Origin: Dendrobates tinctorius
Taxonomy: Eukaryota
Length of the DNA stretch: 64,000 nucleotides
Assembly (NCBI RefSeq): GCF_039654945.1
Contig: NW_027361869.1
Location: forward strand, 1,364,001-1,428,000
Direction: 5' to 3'
The stretch's first letter is position 1. Every line of letters begins with the position of its first letter. Positions 1 to 15,310 of this stretch are shown here, one piece after another. The position numbers and the translations under genes are program-made. Under the pieces are notes generated by a model that had not been told where the DNA came from, did no database searches, and worked only from the letters and a program-made list of their open reading frames with translations.

Positions 1-1412
1 CTAAAAGCTTAAAGGGAATGTGTCATCAGAAAATGACTATTTCATTCAGGCTTCACGTTAGGGGGCTTGACCACTTTTGGAAAATCCCAGTCCCTAGCTG
101 CAGTTTGTTACTTTATAAAAAAAAATAAATAAATAATCTCAATAATAATAATGCACCTTGCTCACACTTCCTGGGCTTTGCACTGATTTTTTTTTTTTTC
201 CCCACCACTGCTCAAGGTATTTGACATTGGCTGCAGTGCTTAAGTCAGATTACAGTTCTGCAGGCAATCCCTGAGCGAGGCGTACCGGCTACAATGGCAC
301 AGCCACTGCAATCAATGATAAAGTATTTGGTCCCCTGGAACTCTTCAACCTTTTTCCACATATCATGCTTCAAACATAAAGATACCAAATGTTAATTTTT
401 GGTGAAGAATCAACAACAAGTGGGACACAATTGTGAAGTTGAACGAAATTTATTGGTTATTTTAAATTTTTGTGGAAATTCAAAAACTGAAAAGTGTGGT
501 GTGCTATATTATTCGGCCCCTTTACTTTCAGTGCAGCAAACTCTCTCCAGAAGTTCATTGTGGATCTCTGAATGATCCAGTGTTGTCCTAAATGACTAAT
601 GATGGTAAGTATAATCCACCTGCTCTGTGATAGTCTCAGGGTTCTGCTTGAAGCACAAAGACCAAGGAACACAACAGGCAGGTCCGTGATACTGTTGTGG
701 AGAAGTTTAAAGCCGGATTTGGATACAAAATGATTTCCAAAACTTTGAACATCCCAAGGAGCACTGTGCAAGCGATCATATTGAAATGGAAGGAGTATCA
801 TACCACTGCAAATCTACCAAGACCCGACCGTCGCTCTAAACTTTCATCTCAAACAAGGAGAAGACTGATCAGAGATGCAGCCAAGAGGCCCATGATCACT
901 CTGGATGAACTGCAGAGATCTACAGCTGAGGTGGGACAGTCTGTCCATAGGACAAGAATCAGTCGTACACTGCACAAATCTGGCCTTTATGGAAGAGTGG
1001 CAAGAGGAAAGCCATTTCTCAAAGATATCCATAAAAAGTGTTGTTTAAAGTTTGCAACAAGCCACCTGGGAGACACAACAAACGTGGAAGAAGGTGCTCT
1101 GGTCAGATGAAACCAAAATTGAACTTTTTGGCAACAATGCCAAACGATATGTTTGGTGTAAAGGCAACACAGTTCATCACCCTGAACACACCATCCCCAC
1201 TGTCAAACATGGTGGTGGAAGACAGGGCTGTGGAGTCGGAGCTCATTTTGGTGGAGTCGGTATAAAATGGTCCGACTCAGACTCCTAAAATATATAATAA
1301 ATTGGGTACCGTAGTTCAATGCAGAATGAATGTGCTGAATATTTTTTCATAGGAACTTGGGAAAGTTATGAAATGTCCTATAAATGGCTGCTCTATTCCT
1401 GATCTAAGGCTA

Positions 1413-3036
<1,624 letters not shown>

Positions 3037-5319
3037 TACATTCACACACAGCATTTTTGCTGCGTTTTTTGAGGATACGTTTTTCAGCTGCAATAACATC
3101 AGCTTTTTAAAAAACGGCATCACCTGAAAGGTTTTTGAGCTCATAGATAATGTTTTCAATAGCAAAAGCAGATTAGAAATCTGCTCTATCCATTTAGCCA
3201 TATCTGTCTATCCATTTCTTATCTGTACCAAAAAGAATGAAAGCCGGGTAGCACACAGACTAACACTCCTTTTTTTTTTTTAGCACCAGTCAGGTACACC
3301 TCATAGCTGCCCAAAAGGGCGCCCAGGACAGGCATTGCTCGTCTTCAGTAACACATCAACATTGATAGTTGGAATAAATAGACTGCATTCATCACATCTT
3401 AAGGTGCAGGCTTTATTTTCAAGTGTAGGGGTGTGCAGTATGAGGTTCCGCAGCAGCTGAGGTGTGCAGTATGAGATTCTGCGAACAGTATGAGGTTCTG
3501 CCCCCCCCCCTAGTTTTGATCCTGGCTAAAATCGTTTCTTATAGATATGGCGAACCCTCAGGTAACCCTAAATAAAGGTCAATGGACACAGGTGGCTGAA
3601 TTGAAGGAATTTCTTAATCACCTATTTACCGTGACTTAAAAATTACAAGCTGAGGATTTAACTCCTGGCATTTTCATAAGGGAGTGGATGAACTTGCTAT
3701 TTTGCCTGTCCCAAAGAGGAGATTTAATCGCAGATGGCATTTCCTTCAATGAAACGGAGAGAGACACAGCTATAGCAAAATAAAATTTTTCTGGCAGCTG
3801 ATTATGTGGACACAAGTCATCGTATATGTCTGGATGATCAACAGCTTACTAAAGGAAAAGAAGCTCTGACTGAGGTAGCAGTTAGGATGGGTGGCCTACA
3901 GGAGGACTGCCAGGCGCAAGAGGACTTGGGTCCTGACAGTGCTACTGCTGCCATATCTTCATCCTCATCAGATGAGGAGTTTGACTTTGACAAGTATTTG
4001 GAGGATGTGGAGCAGGCAAAGCGTTGCTGCAAGGAAAAAGATTTCACTCCGTCTCCTATAGCAGCAGATTGTCCATATTTCAGCAACATGTTTCACTTAC
4101 TCTGAAAGAAAAAGAAAAATTCAACCGTTCATCAAAACTGACTGTGCATGAGGCAATTCCTTTATACCCGGAAATTGTTAGAGATGTTCCCATGTGGTTA
4201 CGGCTTTGCCTCCAACCCAAGTTACTGTAGAGAGGTTATTCTCTGGCCTTAAAATTATTGGGTCAGATTTGAGGTCATCTATGACGGAGGATCTGATGGA
4301 GGCAATTCTATTTCTTAGAACAAATTCATAGACTGCACAAATGTTTAGTATGTTTTTGTTGAAAACTGTTTTTCGCCACTTCCATAGTTTATTACATAGT
4401 GTATTACATATTTACAATTTATTAGTTTTTTGTGTTCTAAAGTTGTATTCCAATAAATAGATATTATGTTCTATCTAAATATCTTGATTATTGGATCATA
4501 AAAATGATTAAATGTCTGATGTTCACACTGTACTACAATAAATTATTCACTTAAATATAAGCAATATATGTGGGAGTTGGAGTTGGTGTAAGGGAAATTG
4601 AGGAGTCGGAGTTTCAGGTTTGGCTTACTGACTCCACAGCCCTGGTGGCAGCATCATAGTTTGGGCCTGCTTTTCTTCAGCAGGGACAGGGAAGATGGTT
4701 AAAATTGATGGGAAGATGGATGGAGCCAAATACAGGACCATTCTTGAAGAAAACCTGTTGGAGTCTGCAAAAGACCCGAGACTGGGACGGAGATTTGTCT
4801 TCCAACTAGACAATGATCCCAAACATAAAGCAAAATCTACAATGGAATGGTTCACAGATAAACGTATCCAGGTGTTAGAATGGCCAAGTCAAAGTCCAGA
4901 CCTGAATCCAATCGAGAATCTGTGGAAAGAGCTGAAAACTGCTGTTCACAAACGATCTCCATCAAACCTCACTGAGCGCGAGCTGTTTGCCAAGGAAGAA
5001 TGGGCAAGAATTTCAGTCTCTCAATGTACAAAACTGATAGAGACATACCCCAAGTGACTGCAGCTGTAAACACAGCAAAAGGGGGCGCAACAAAGTATTA
5101 AGTTAAAGGGGCTGAATAATATTGCACGCCCCACTTTTCAGTTTTTGAATCTCCACAAAAATTTAAAATAACCAATAAATTTTGTTCAACTTTACAATTG
5201 TGTCCCACTTGTTGTTGATTCTTCACCAAAAATTTACATTTGGTGTCTTTTATGTTTGAAGCATGATATGTGGGAAAGGGTTGAAAAGTTCCAGGGGGCT
5301 GAATACTGTCGCAAGGCAC

Positions 5320-5371
<52 letters not shown>

Positions 5372-6461
5372 TAACACAGATACAGAACTTAGAGCAGCTG
5401 GGTACTGACTTTTTCTGGCATTCTGCTGAAACGGATGTGTAGGAGGAGCTTAGTCTGTTATCTGCTGTCAGCCAATCAGCAGTGTGAGTGGTGTTAATTG
5501 GCTGACAGAGTCTAGTCCTTTCCAGCTGGTGTTCGGTTCCTGTGACAGCGGATGGGTTTATCCTAACGTTCTGGTCTTATTCTCTCAGGTGCTGAGCCGG
5601 CTCCAGTGTCGGCCGATGCCCCGTATAGCTGGCGTTTGCTCTTAGTGGCTGCGGTTGAGGCTTGCTCCGATCGCTGTTGGTTCACCGACAGCAGCATTTG
5701 AATGGAGGAATGGCAAAATTCTCACTCGTAAAAAAAGTGCTCCTACATCTCCACTGATGGAAGAATAAAAAAAAACCAAAACCAATACAAGTTTGCGATC
5801 GCCCTAATCGTACTGGAGGACCCTGCTACCCGGGCATTCTCACAAGCATAGTTACAGTGGAATTGCATTTTTTTTTTTCACCTTTCTTGGAATTTTTTGC
5901 TTGTTTCTTTCTACAGGAACCTTAATAACCTTAAATTCTAATGCGGAACAGGTGCCACACAATGGTAGATCACAAAAATACAATTTTTATTAAATATACA
6001 CATAATTATGAACAGAGAGAAAGAAGGTGCCGGACCAATCACAAGGAGACACCATGATTATGGGAGCACAACACTGCAACATTTTGCAAAAACATTCCGT
6101 TATAGCACATATATAAGAACAGAAGGGAGAGTGTGTAAAGGGGAATCCATCATACACTACCCACAGGCCTAGGAGGACGGGGTACGAGTCTGCAGGTAGC
6201 CGAGCCGTGTCCTACATCATATGGCAAAATGAATGGGCGGAGGCATTTAAACCTACAACTCGTACCACAAAAATAGCCTTTGTTCAGGTGTAAGAAGGGA
6301 AAATTTATAAAAGAAAATTGATGGCTTGGGAAGAAAATGATGACGCAGAAATGAAAAGTGCTGACGGCAGGAAAGGGTTGAAGTTTAGCTTTGGAATTCT
6401 GGCTGTGCACATTTAAAAAAAAAAAAAAAAAAACGCATTAAAAACGTCTACACTGTGCACA

Positions 6462-6545
6462 CGGACGCGCTGTGTCTGCGGACGCGCTGTGTCTGCGGAC
6501 GCGCTGTGTCTGCGGACGCGCTGTGTCTGCGGACGCGCTGTGTCG
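6462..6545. repeat. 18-bp tandem repeat (gcggacgcgctgtgtctg), ~4.5 copies
   Basis: Directly visible periodicity. Confidence 0.9.
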
Positions 6546-6599
6546 GTCTCCTGCCTTCCACCAGGTGGCGCTGTCCGCAATGTCTCTCGCTGCTGACAG

Positions 6600-6870
6600 G
6601 GTGGAGCTCTGCACTGGGGAGGGAAGCTCTCTGGTGGCGTCATTTGCGCAGGCGCAGTGTGCAGAGACGCCGGAGGAGGCGGATTGGAGCGCTGGAGCTG
6701 GGCCCTTCTGTCTGTGGCGCTGCCGCGGACTCTGTGGACTCCTATCCCCTGACTGACCGGCCGCAGCTCGGGAGGACCTGTGTGCGCAGAGGAGGCCGCA
6801 GCCCGGAAGTCGCGTAGTCTCTGCCCCCAGGTGTCAGGTCTCTTTCCCAGGTGCCCAGTCGGTGAGTTCC
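6600..6870 (+). promoter_or_regulatory. Candidate CpG-rich promoter / non-coding first exon (probably RAB40C)
   Basis: NRF1-type TGCGCAGGCGCA at 6645-6656, ETS CCGGAAGT at 6803-6810, strong donor GTGAGT at 6862-6867. No transcript evidence is available. Confidence 0.45.
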
Positions 6871-6941
6871 GCCTGTTACTTGATGCAGCATCCGACATTT
6901 GTGCAATTGCAGTAGTGAGCTGTTACCATGTGTCTTCTGCA

Positions 6942-7998
6942 GGTGGTTATAGTGCTATAGACACTGCTGTGACACTACAACTCCCAGCATGTCCAGTGGG
7001 GATGAGCTATGGTGGTGGTTATAGTGCTATAGACACTGCTGTGACACTACAACTCCCAGCATGTCCAGTGTGGACGAGCTATGGTGGTGGCTGTAGTGCT
7101 ATAGACACTGCTGTGACACTACAACTCCCAGCATGTCCAGTGGGGATGAGCTATGGTGGTGGTTATAGTGCTATAGACACTGCTGTGACACTACAACTCC
7201 CAGCATGTCCAGTGGGGATGAGCTATGGTGGTGGTTATAGTGCTATAGACACTGCTGTGACACTACAACTCCCAGCATGTCCAGTGGGGATGAGCTATGG
7301 TGGTGGTTATAGTGCTATAGACACTGCTGTGACACTACAACTCCCAGCATGTCCAGTGGGGATGAGCTATGGTGGTGGTTATAGTGCTATAGACACTGCT
7401 GTGACACTACAACTCCCAGCATGTCCAGTGGGGATGAGCTATGGTGGTGGTTATAGTGCTATAGACACTGCTGTGACACTACAACTCCCAGCATGTCCAG
7501 TGGGGATGAGCTATGGTGGTGGTTATAGTGCTATAGACACTGCTGTGACACTACAACTCCCAGCATGTCCAGTGGGGATGAGCTATGGTGGTGGTTATAG
7601 TGCTATAGACACTGCTGTGACACTACAACTCCCAGCATGTCCAGTGTGGATGAGCTATGGTGGTGGCTGTAGTGCTATAGACACTGCTGTGACACTACAA
7701 CTCCCAGCATGTCCAGTGGGGATGACCTATGGTGGTGGTTATAGTGCTATAGACACTGCTGTGACACTACAACTCCCAGCATGTCCAGTGTGGATGAGCT
7801 ATGGTGGTGGCTGTAGTGCTATAGACACTGCTGTGACACTACAACTCCCAGCATGTCCAGTGGGGATGAGCTATGGTGGTGGTTATAGTGCTATAGACAC
7901 TGCTGTGACACTACAACTCCCAGCATGTCCAGTGTGGACGAGCTATGGTGGTGGCTGTAGTGCTATAGACACTGCTGTGACACTACAACTCCCAGCAT
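6942..7998. repeat. 72-bp minisatellite, ~15 highly homogeneous copies, each containing ACTACAACTCCCAGCATG
   Basis: The sequence recurs every 72 bp (e.g. 6961 = 7321, 5 units). Confidence 0.97.
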
Positions 7999-8373
7999 AA
8001 AACACAAATATCCTGAACTAAAAAATAAAAAATGTATACTGCAAATAATGCATAAAGGTAATAATAAGGGTATTTAGTAAACATAATTTTGATCAAAATG
8101 TACAAGCCATCCCGCCACGTCACGGCAACCCTTGTGGGACAGTCCCTACTCTAGTATTTAAAACCTTTTCACTTGCCAAGTGGCGTGAATGTGAACAAGG
8201 GTCGAGCGGCTGAACCACTAGTAACAGTGTAGGCCAGACTGGATGGCTTTTTTGCTTTTTTTGCTTTTTGTTTTCTCTGGTTAATGGTCATGTGTTAATA
8301 TGCACTTACATTGTGCATACACATTAACTTACTTTTCTCAGTTCAGATTTGTTTTTGTTTTTTTTTGTTTTTT
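7999..8373. mobile_element. 375-bp insertion splitting the 72-bp array (retroelement-like, possibly a Penelope-related fragment)
   Basis: Flanked by a 12-bp duplication aactcccagcat (7987-7998 / 8374-8385), with A-rich left and T-rich right ends. Confidence 0.55.
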
Positions 8374-8996
8374 AACTCCCAGCATGTCCAGTGGGGACGA
8401 GCTATGCAGGTGGTTGTAGTGCTATAGGCAGTGCTGTGACACTACAACTCCCAGCATGTCCAGTGTGGATGAGCTATGCCGTTGGTTGTACTGCCATAGG
8501 TACTGTTGTGACACTATAACTCCCAGCATGACCTGTGTGGACGAGCTATGCAGGTGGTTGTCGAGCTGTAGGCAGCGCTGTGTCACTAGAACTCTCTGCA
8601 TGCCCAGTGTGGACTTGCTATGTTGGTGGTTGTAGTGCTATAGGCAGCGCTGTGACACTACAACTCCCAGCATGACCAGTGTGGACGAGCTATGCATGTG
8701 GTTGTAGTTCTGTAGGCAGTGCTGTGACACTACAACTCCCAGCATGTCCAGTGTGGATGAGCTATGCCGTTGGTTGTACTGCCATAGGTACTGTTGTGAC
8801 ACTATAACTCCCAGCATGACCTGTGTGGACGAGCTATGCAGGTGGTTGTCGAGCTGTAGGCAGCGCTGTGTCACTAGAACTCTCTGCATGCCCAGTGTGG
8901 ACTTGCTATGTTGGTGGTTGTAGTGCTATAGGCAGCGCTGTGACACTACAACTCCCAGCATGACCAGTGTGGACGAGCTATGCATGTGGTTGTAGT
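8374..8996. repeat. Diverged continuation of the 72-bp minisatellite with a 288-bp (4-mer) higher-order repeat
   Basis: The variant pattern at 8461 recurs at 8749 (288 bp). Confidence 0.9.
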
Positions 8997-9013
8997 TACA
9001 CAACAGTGTCTAG

Positions 9014-9446
9014 GGCCGGTTTCACACGTCCTGATATTTCCGGTACCGGAAAAAATGATTCCCAAGATATCCGTGTCTGTGTGTCAATTTGTCACATTCA
9101 TCTGGCATCCGTGTGCACCATCCGTGTGTGATCTGTGTGCTGTGCATGTTCTGTCGGTGTATTGAAACAATTTGTTTCAATGTTGACCTTATGACTTTTA
9201 AAACGCACACAGACGCCATCCGTGTGCGGTGCGTGTTTACACAGACCTATTGACTTGTATGGGTCCGTGTGATCCGTGCTGTTGCTCAAAAACGGACATG
9301 TCAGCGTGTTTTGCACACGGTCCATGAAAACACACTGACATGTACATAGACCCATTTATATGAATGGGTCTACATGTGTCACTATCTCCGGTACGTGAAA
9401 AAACTGTCACCACACGTACCGGAGACACTGACGTGTGAAAACGGCC
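9014..9446. mobile_element. PIF/Harbinger-type MITE
   Basis: TIRs ggccggtttcacacgtc / gacgtgtgaaaacggcc; TAG/TAA flanks; non-coding. Confidence 0.8.
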
Positions 9447-10042
9447 TAATACTGCCAGTCCCAGCATGTTCTGATAATGGCATTATGGCTCTTGTAGTTC
9501 CTCCTCGGCTCATCACGCTTCTTGGGTTCCTCCCTGTAATCAGTATCTCGTGCTCCCTTCTGTGCCCGGTTTACGGCTGCAGGTGCCGGTCTGACCCGTT
9601 CTGACAGTGCACATAATGCATCCTTGCTGCTGCTGTGGCGTAAAACCAGCCAGACAGGGTAAACGGCCCCACACTGGCGTGTTCTCCAGCACTTGCCGCA
9701 AGGCAGATCTCCTGAGTGTGTGGGTACAGCGGGGAGAGAAGGTGCTGTCCGGCACAACTGGCAGATCCTTATCTCCAGGAAAAAAAGCAGAATTGTTGGA
9801 TGTTAAAAGACAAGATGCCCGATTCCTCGTTCCCCCCGACATCCTCAGTCAGGAATCCCCGTACTCACTCGCTGGTCGGCCGCTGTCACATCGTTATATA
9901 GGAGTAAGCCGTCCTAGACTTTAGCCCAGGCCCAGCGAGGGGACGTGCCGTATTTTTTGTCTAGTACTCTTTCCCATATAGAGATACCCTGGAAAATAGA
10001 TACCATGTGTAAAGGGTTGGTTTTATTTATTTTTTTTATCTA

Positions 10043-11975
10043 ACTACCTAACTAAAATATTTAACCTCTCTCTCTCTTCTGGTATCTTTCCCTCCTTATT
10101 TAAGCATGCCGTCATACATCCACTACTTAAAGGCTGTGTGCACACGCTGCGGATTTTGCTGCGGTTCCGCAGGGCAAAACCGCTGAGCAATCCGCAGGTA
10201 AAACCGCAGGTCTTTTGACCTGCGGATTTTACAAAATCCGCGCGGATGAATCCGCACATAATCCGCAGCGTGTGCACACAGCCAAAAACCATCCCTCGAC
10301 CAAAACTGTGCCGCTAACTATAGACCTGTCTCTAATCTTCCTGGATCGCCTGGTCCACTCCCGGCTGATCCGCTATCTCTCTGATAACTCTCTTCTCGAC
10401 CCTCTCCAATCCGGTTTCCGCTCTCTACACTCTACTGAAACTGCCCTCACTAAAGTCTCTAATGATCTACTAACAGCTAATCAAATGGTCATTACTCCAT
10501 GCTAATTCTCTTGGATCTCTCTGCAGCATTCGACACTGTGGATCATCAGCTCCTCCTCACTATGCTCCGTTCAATCGGCATCAAGGACGCCGTTCTCTCC
10601 TGGTTCTCCTCCTATCTCTCCGACCGCTCCCTTACTGTATCTTTTGCTGGTTCCTCCTCCTCTCACCTTCCCCTTACTGTTGGGGTTCCTCAAGGATCGG
10701 TTCTAGGCCCCCTCCTCTTCTCCTTGTACACTGCCCCTATTGGTCAAACAATCAGTAGATTTGGTTTCCAGTACCATCTCTATGCTGATGACATCCAATT
10801 ATACGCTTCTTCTCCTGACATCACGCCTGCCTTTCTAGAAAACACTGGCGATTGTCTAAACGCTGTGTCTAACATCATGTCCTCACTATATCTGAAACTG
10901 AACCTGTCAAAGACTGAACTCCTTGTGTTTCCTCCCTCTACTAATGTACCTATGCCCGACATTGCCATTTCCATGTGTGGTTCCACTATTACTCCCCAGC
11001 AACATGCCCGCTGTCTTGGGGTCATGCTTGACTCCGAGCTTTCATTCACCCCCCACATCCAATCACTGGCTCGCTCTTGTCATCTGCATCTCAAAAACAT
11101 TTCTAGAATTCGACCTTTTCTTACCTTTGACTATGCAAAAACTCTTACTGTTTCTCTTATTCATTCTCGTCTGGACTATTGTAACTCTCCTAATCGGTCT
11201 CCCTCTTACCAAACTTTCCCCCCTCCAATCTGTCTTGAATGCTGCAGCCAGGATCATATTCCTTGCCAATCGTTACACCGATGCCTCTACCTTGTGCCAG
11301 TCATTACACTGGCTACCCATCCACTCCAGAATTCAGTATAAACTTATTGCACTCACCCACAAAGCCCTCCATGGCTCAGCACCACCCTACATCTCCTCCC
11401 TTGTTTCAGTCTACCACCCTATCCGCGCCCTCCGTTCTGCTGATGACCTGAGGTTAGCATCCTCGATAATCAGAACCTCCCATCTCCAAGACTTTACACG
11501 TGCTGCGCCAATTCTTTGGAATGCACTTCCCAGGTCAATACGAGTAGTCCCCAATCCCTACAATTTTAAGCGTGCCCTGAAAACTCATTTATTCAGACTG
11601 GCCTATCGCCTCAACACATTAACCTAATCTGTCCCTGTGTGGCACAGCCAAAAGTTTTACCATAACCAGGTTCCCCGTATCATGTTACCACATGCTTTAT
11701 GCATCCATTAGCCCTCTGTGTCTGTACTGTTACACACCTAACATTATGGCTTTTCCATACAATCAGGGCAATTGTTACCACCCACCTTTCGTGTCTACCT
11801 TTATTCCTTATAGACTGTAAGCTTGCGAGCAGGGCCCTTATTCCTCTTGGAATTTGTTATGATCTATGTGATTATTGTTATGCTGTAATGTCTATCGTCT
11901 GTACAAGTCCCCTCTGAAATGTAAAGTGCTGCGGAATATGTCGGCGCTATAGAAATAAAATTTATTATTATTATC
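10043..11975 (+). mobile_element. 5'-truncated L2-clade LINE (frameshifted reverse transcriptase)
   Basis: Motifs [40 protein letters not shown] and LHWLPI spread over ORFs 10215-10505, 10499-11341 and 10923-11627; 3' tail aataaaa(tta)n. Confidence 0.93.
10132..10283. mobile_element. Small Harbinger-type MITE inside the L2
   Basis: TIRs ggctgtgtgcacacgctgcgg / ccgcagcgtgtgcacacagcc interrupt the L2 reading HPLLK|KPSLD. Confidence 0.85.
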
Positions 11976-14529
11976 CATACAATTGGAGTGTCTTTGGCGT
12001 GCTCGAAAAAAAAGTTTGAGTCCCCGCGGATGTAAGACAGCCTCAACACATGCGGGGATTCCATGTTTGTTTTGCAATCCCTGCATGTGTTGCGTCTGTT
12101 GAACTGCCGCGGGGACGGGAACATATTTTTCGAGCACTCGGATAGCACCTGAGCATTTTCGGATAACACCTTATCCCAGCACGGTCACTCCCCAATAATC
12201 CTGATGTTTGCTGTTGGTGGGATACATCTTGAGCTCCTTAGACATGTATATACCGGCATATCCTGACGCCCCTATTCAGACATCCTTTTTTTTTTTTTTT
12301 TTTTAATCGTACATGAAAAAAAAACACTTTCCGTCAAAGTTCTTGATCTCCTCTTCATCAGCACTTCGTCATTGTGTCTGATTTTCCCATCAGTGGTTCA
12401 TTAGTTTTGCTTAAAAAAAAAAAACAAACTAAAATGAATGGTGGGAGGGTTCTCTAGCTTCTGATTAAAAAGTTAAAGCACAACTCTGGCGTGTTTTTTT
12501 TTTCGCCTTCAGAGCGGTATCACTCATGCCTGTTCCCTAGTAATATACCTACCAGCTGCCGCTCCCGTCCAGTTCCACCGTTTTGTAACCGCAGCTCCTG
12601 ACTGACCTGAAGTCGGAGGTAACGATCACAAGGGCTCAATGTATTTCTGTAAGAGCCTCGTTCTGCCTCACATTACACTGAGAAGTGGCTTCCGGCAAAC
12701 ACCGGAGCGATCCGGCAGGTCACAACCTACAGAACATGACCGGGGCGGCACTGAGGACAGAAGACGACTGCGGCTGGACAGTATATTACTACAGACATTA
12801 GTTATACCACTCTGGCTGTGAAATTAAAAAACTAACATTGTACTTGAATCGGGTATACCACCTTCGAGGACATGTTATTTGTTTCTTTACTTCGTTTGGG
12901 GACAAATATCATTTTGCACTCTTTGGCTTTTACAGGCTTTTTGTTTCTCTGCATAATCCATTTGTTATATGTTCTGTGTTCAGAAGCTCAAAAGAACAAA
13001 ATAAAAAAACAGAAGAATTTTAAGCTAGAATGAGCTCACTGATGGAATGTCAGTTAACTCATTTTGCAGCCAGCAATAGACAGTGCAACACACAGGCTGT
13101 AGAAGACAAATCGTGCAGAATGTTTAATGAAGTCTAATTGCAAAAATTATTTTTAGCCCAAAATGCATTTAAGTAAGAAAAAAAAATTGGCCCTAGCTGA
13201 GGACAACCCCTGCGGTCTGCTCTGTTGGCAAAGATGGGTGTTAGTGTGGTAGTGATATTCCTTCTGTAATATAACCTGTGAAAATGGACCATGCTAGGAC
13301 AGCATCAGTGGGATATCCTTTTTTTTTTTTTTTTGTTTCCCCACGGATCCATTGGCGAGTTTGATCCGTGACTATGGGTGGCCACGTTCACATGAACTGG
13401 GTCATCTGCAGTTTCCTGTGCAATGGTCGACTTTGGCACGACTGTATATCACCATATAGGTCTTAGTCTGGTAGTCGTTCGATGTGGGCTGAGAAATCGC
13501 TCCCTGAAGCCACATGCAAATTAGCCTGGCAGTGCATCGGGGGCGTGTCCATGCCATCCGAGTCATTCACTGCTTGTTTCTGTAGTAGAGTCGTCCGGAT
13601 ATGGTTCCCCTTTTAAATGGGAATGTGGCAGCTCTGGGCCCCCTTTATTCACAGTTGGGGTCTCGGGTCTGACCTCTGCCATTAATATGGTTTAGGATGG
13701 GAATACCCCTTGAAACTTTGAGGCTTTTGTGATAATTGCATCTTGTCATTGGCCGTATATAATAACGGTGGAGAAACACGATGCGGAAATGTCATCCTTG
13801 TTGACACAACACTGGTTTATTAGCGACGTCCGGATCCGACAACACAGGAGACTGAGAGTCTTTGTTCCCAAACTATTGTGTGGCAGATAGTCCTGGGTCC
13901 GCAGGGACCCCGCTCCGTATCCAGTGCCGGCCATATGCTGCCTCCCATTCATTCTGCTGCTGTGGAAATAACAGGATCACGTGTAGATGGATGGATTGGG
14001 TAAACTTATAACTGGGCGAACACACACGGACTCCGTATACTCTGTATGCGGTGTGATGATCTGCTGTCACACTTGTCATGGAAAGTGATAAATATGGCGG
14101 CACCTCAGGAACCGGTTCTGCGTGTTTTTCTTGGGCACACGTACATGCCTTCTTACAGCGGACTGGAGATGGGTTTAATAGGATTTTCCCACCATATTGA
14201 TTTGATCTTGACGTTGTAATTCCCCACGGATCCGGAGAACAGAGCTTGTCCTGTCCCTAAATGATCCAAAATCACAAGTTATCCCCGATACATATGATAA
14301 CGAATAACTTTGTGACCGCTGGGACCTCCAGTAATGCGGAGATTGGGGTCCTGGGACCCTTAAAAAGGGCCTCTGCAGCAATGCATTGGATAGAGTGCAA
14401 GTGAGCGGGATAAGCCTATCGATTGTAATAGATGGTGACACGGGCATTGGTGTGAATATAGATTTAGGAACGATACGATAGTAAAGGGTGAAATGCATAA
14501 TTTCTGACCTAATTATCGGAAATGTCCAT

Positions 14530-14645
14530 ATTATAATAATAATCTTTTTATATAGCACTAACATATTCCGCAGCGCTTTACAGTTTGCACACATTATCAT
14601 CACTGTCCCCGATGGGGCTCACAATGTAAATTCCCTATCAGTATA
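14530..14645 (-). mobile_element. SINE / L2-type 3' tail fragment
   Basis: The minus strand ends agcgctgcggaatatgttagtgctatataaaaag(att)n, resembling the L2 3' end at 11925-11975. Confidence 0.7.
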
Positions 14646-15215
14646 TTACGTGTAATATTATTATTGATCATAAGGCTTGTTTGGGACCCCCGATTCTTTG
14701 TGGCGGTGTTTGCTTTGTCTTGGGTCAGGGGGGAGGCAAAAGGACGACGTCCCCCTCACATCCCGCCAGCAGCAGGAGCCATGAGAATAGCCCCCTCCGC
14801 CTGCACTAACACAGGCGTGAATTATAATGAGTGTCCATCGATTTACTGTGAATCTTCGGGGGATTGAATCTGCTCAAGGGTTTTTTTTTTTATATGATGA
14901 AAGCTCTTACAGCTTTTCTATTTTTTTTTTTTTTTTTGCGGTCAATGGATTAACGCTATCAGCGCTGTGGAGGCTCGCGGTCTTACTGCTTCGCGCAGCC
15001 CCTTGCAGGCATGCGAGGGTTAAGATGCGGAGCCATCTGCCTGTGTTTTGCTCTTCATGCAAATAGTTGTGTAATCCGCTCCCCTGCCAAGGAGTGGCTG
15101 CCGCCGCCACTCGTCCTCCCATTGGAGGAAGCCACTGTACCTCTCCCTTCATCATTATGCCAGCCGATGGGAAGAATAGCCTTTTATGCTCCAGAACCGG
15201 GGGATGCAGACGATT

Positions 15216-15310
15216 ATCCGGTAGCTCTGGGGATGCGGACGGTGATCCGGTAGCTCTGGGGATGCGGACGGTGATCCGGTAGCTCTGGGGACGCAGACGG
15301 TGATCCGGCA
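15216..15310. repeat. 29-bp tandem repeat (gatccggtagctctggggatgcggacggt), ~3.3 copies
   Basis: Visible periodicity upstream of the RAB40C ATG. Confidence 0.85.

Noticed and set aside
5589-5701. Exon-like segment after a tctctcag acceptor (possible last exon of an upstream gene such as PIGQ)
   Set aside because: No frame gives a peptide I recognise.
6780-8000. 406-aa ORF with 24-aa repeats
   Set aside because: A by-product of a 72-bp (multiple of three) minisatellite. It has a non-ATG start, no recognisable domain, and stops at the insertion junction.
6942-8996. CRISPR-like regular array
   Set aside because: The units are pure tandem copies without unique spacers, the context is eukaryotic, and there are no cas genes.
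9607-9924. 105-aa ORF bounded by splice-like sites
   Set aside because: No recognisable homology; at most a UTR exon, and unsupported.
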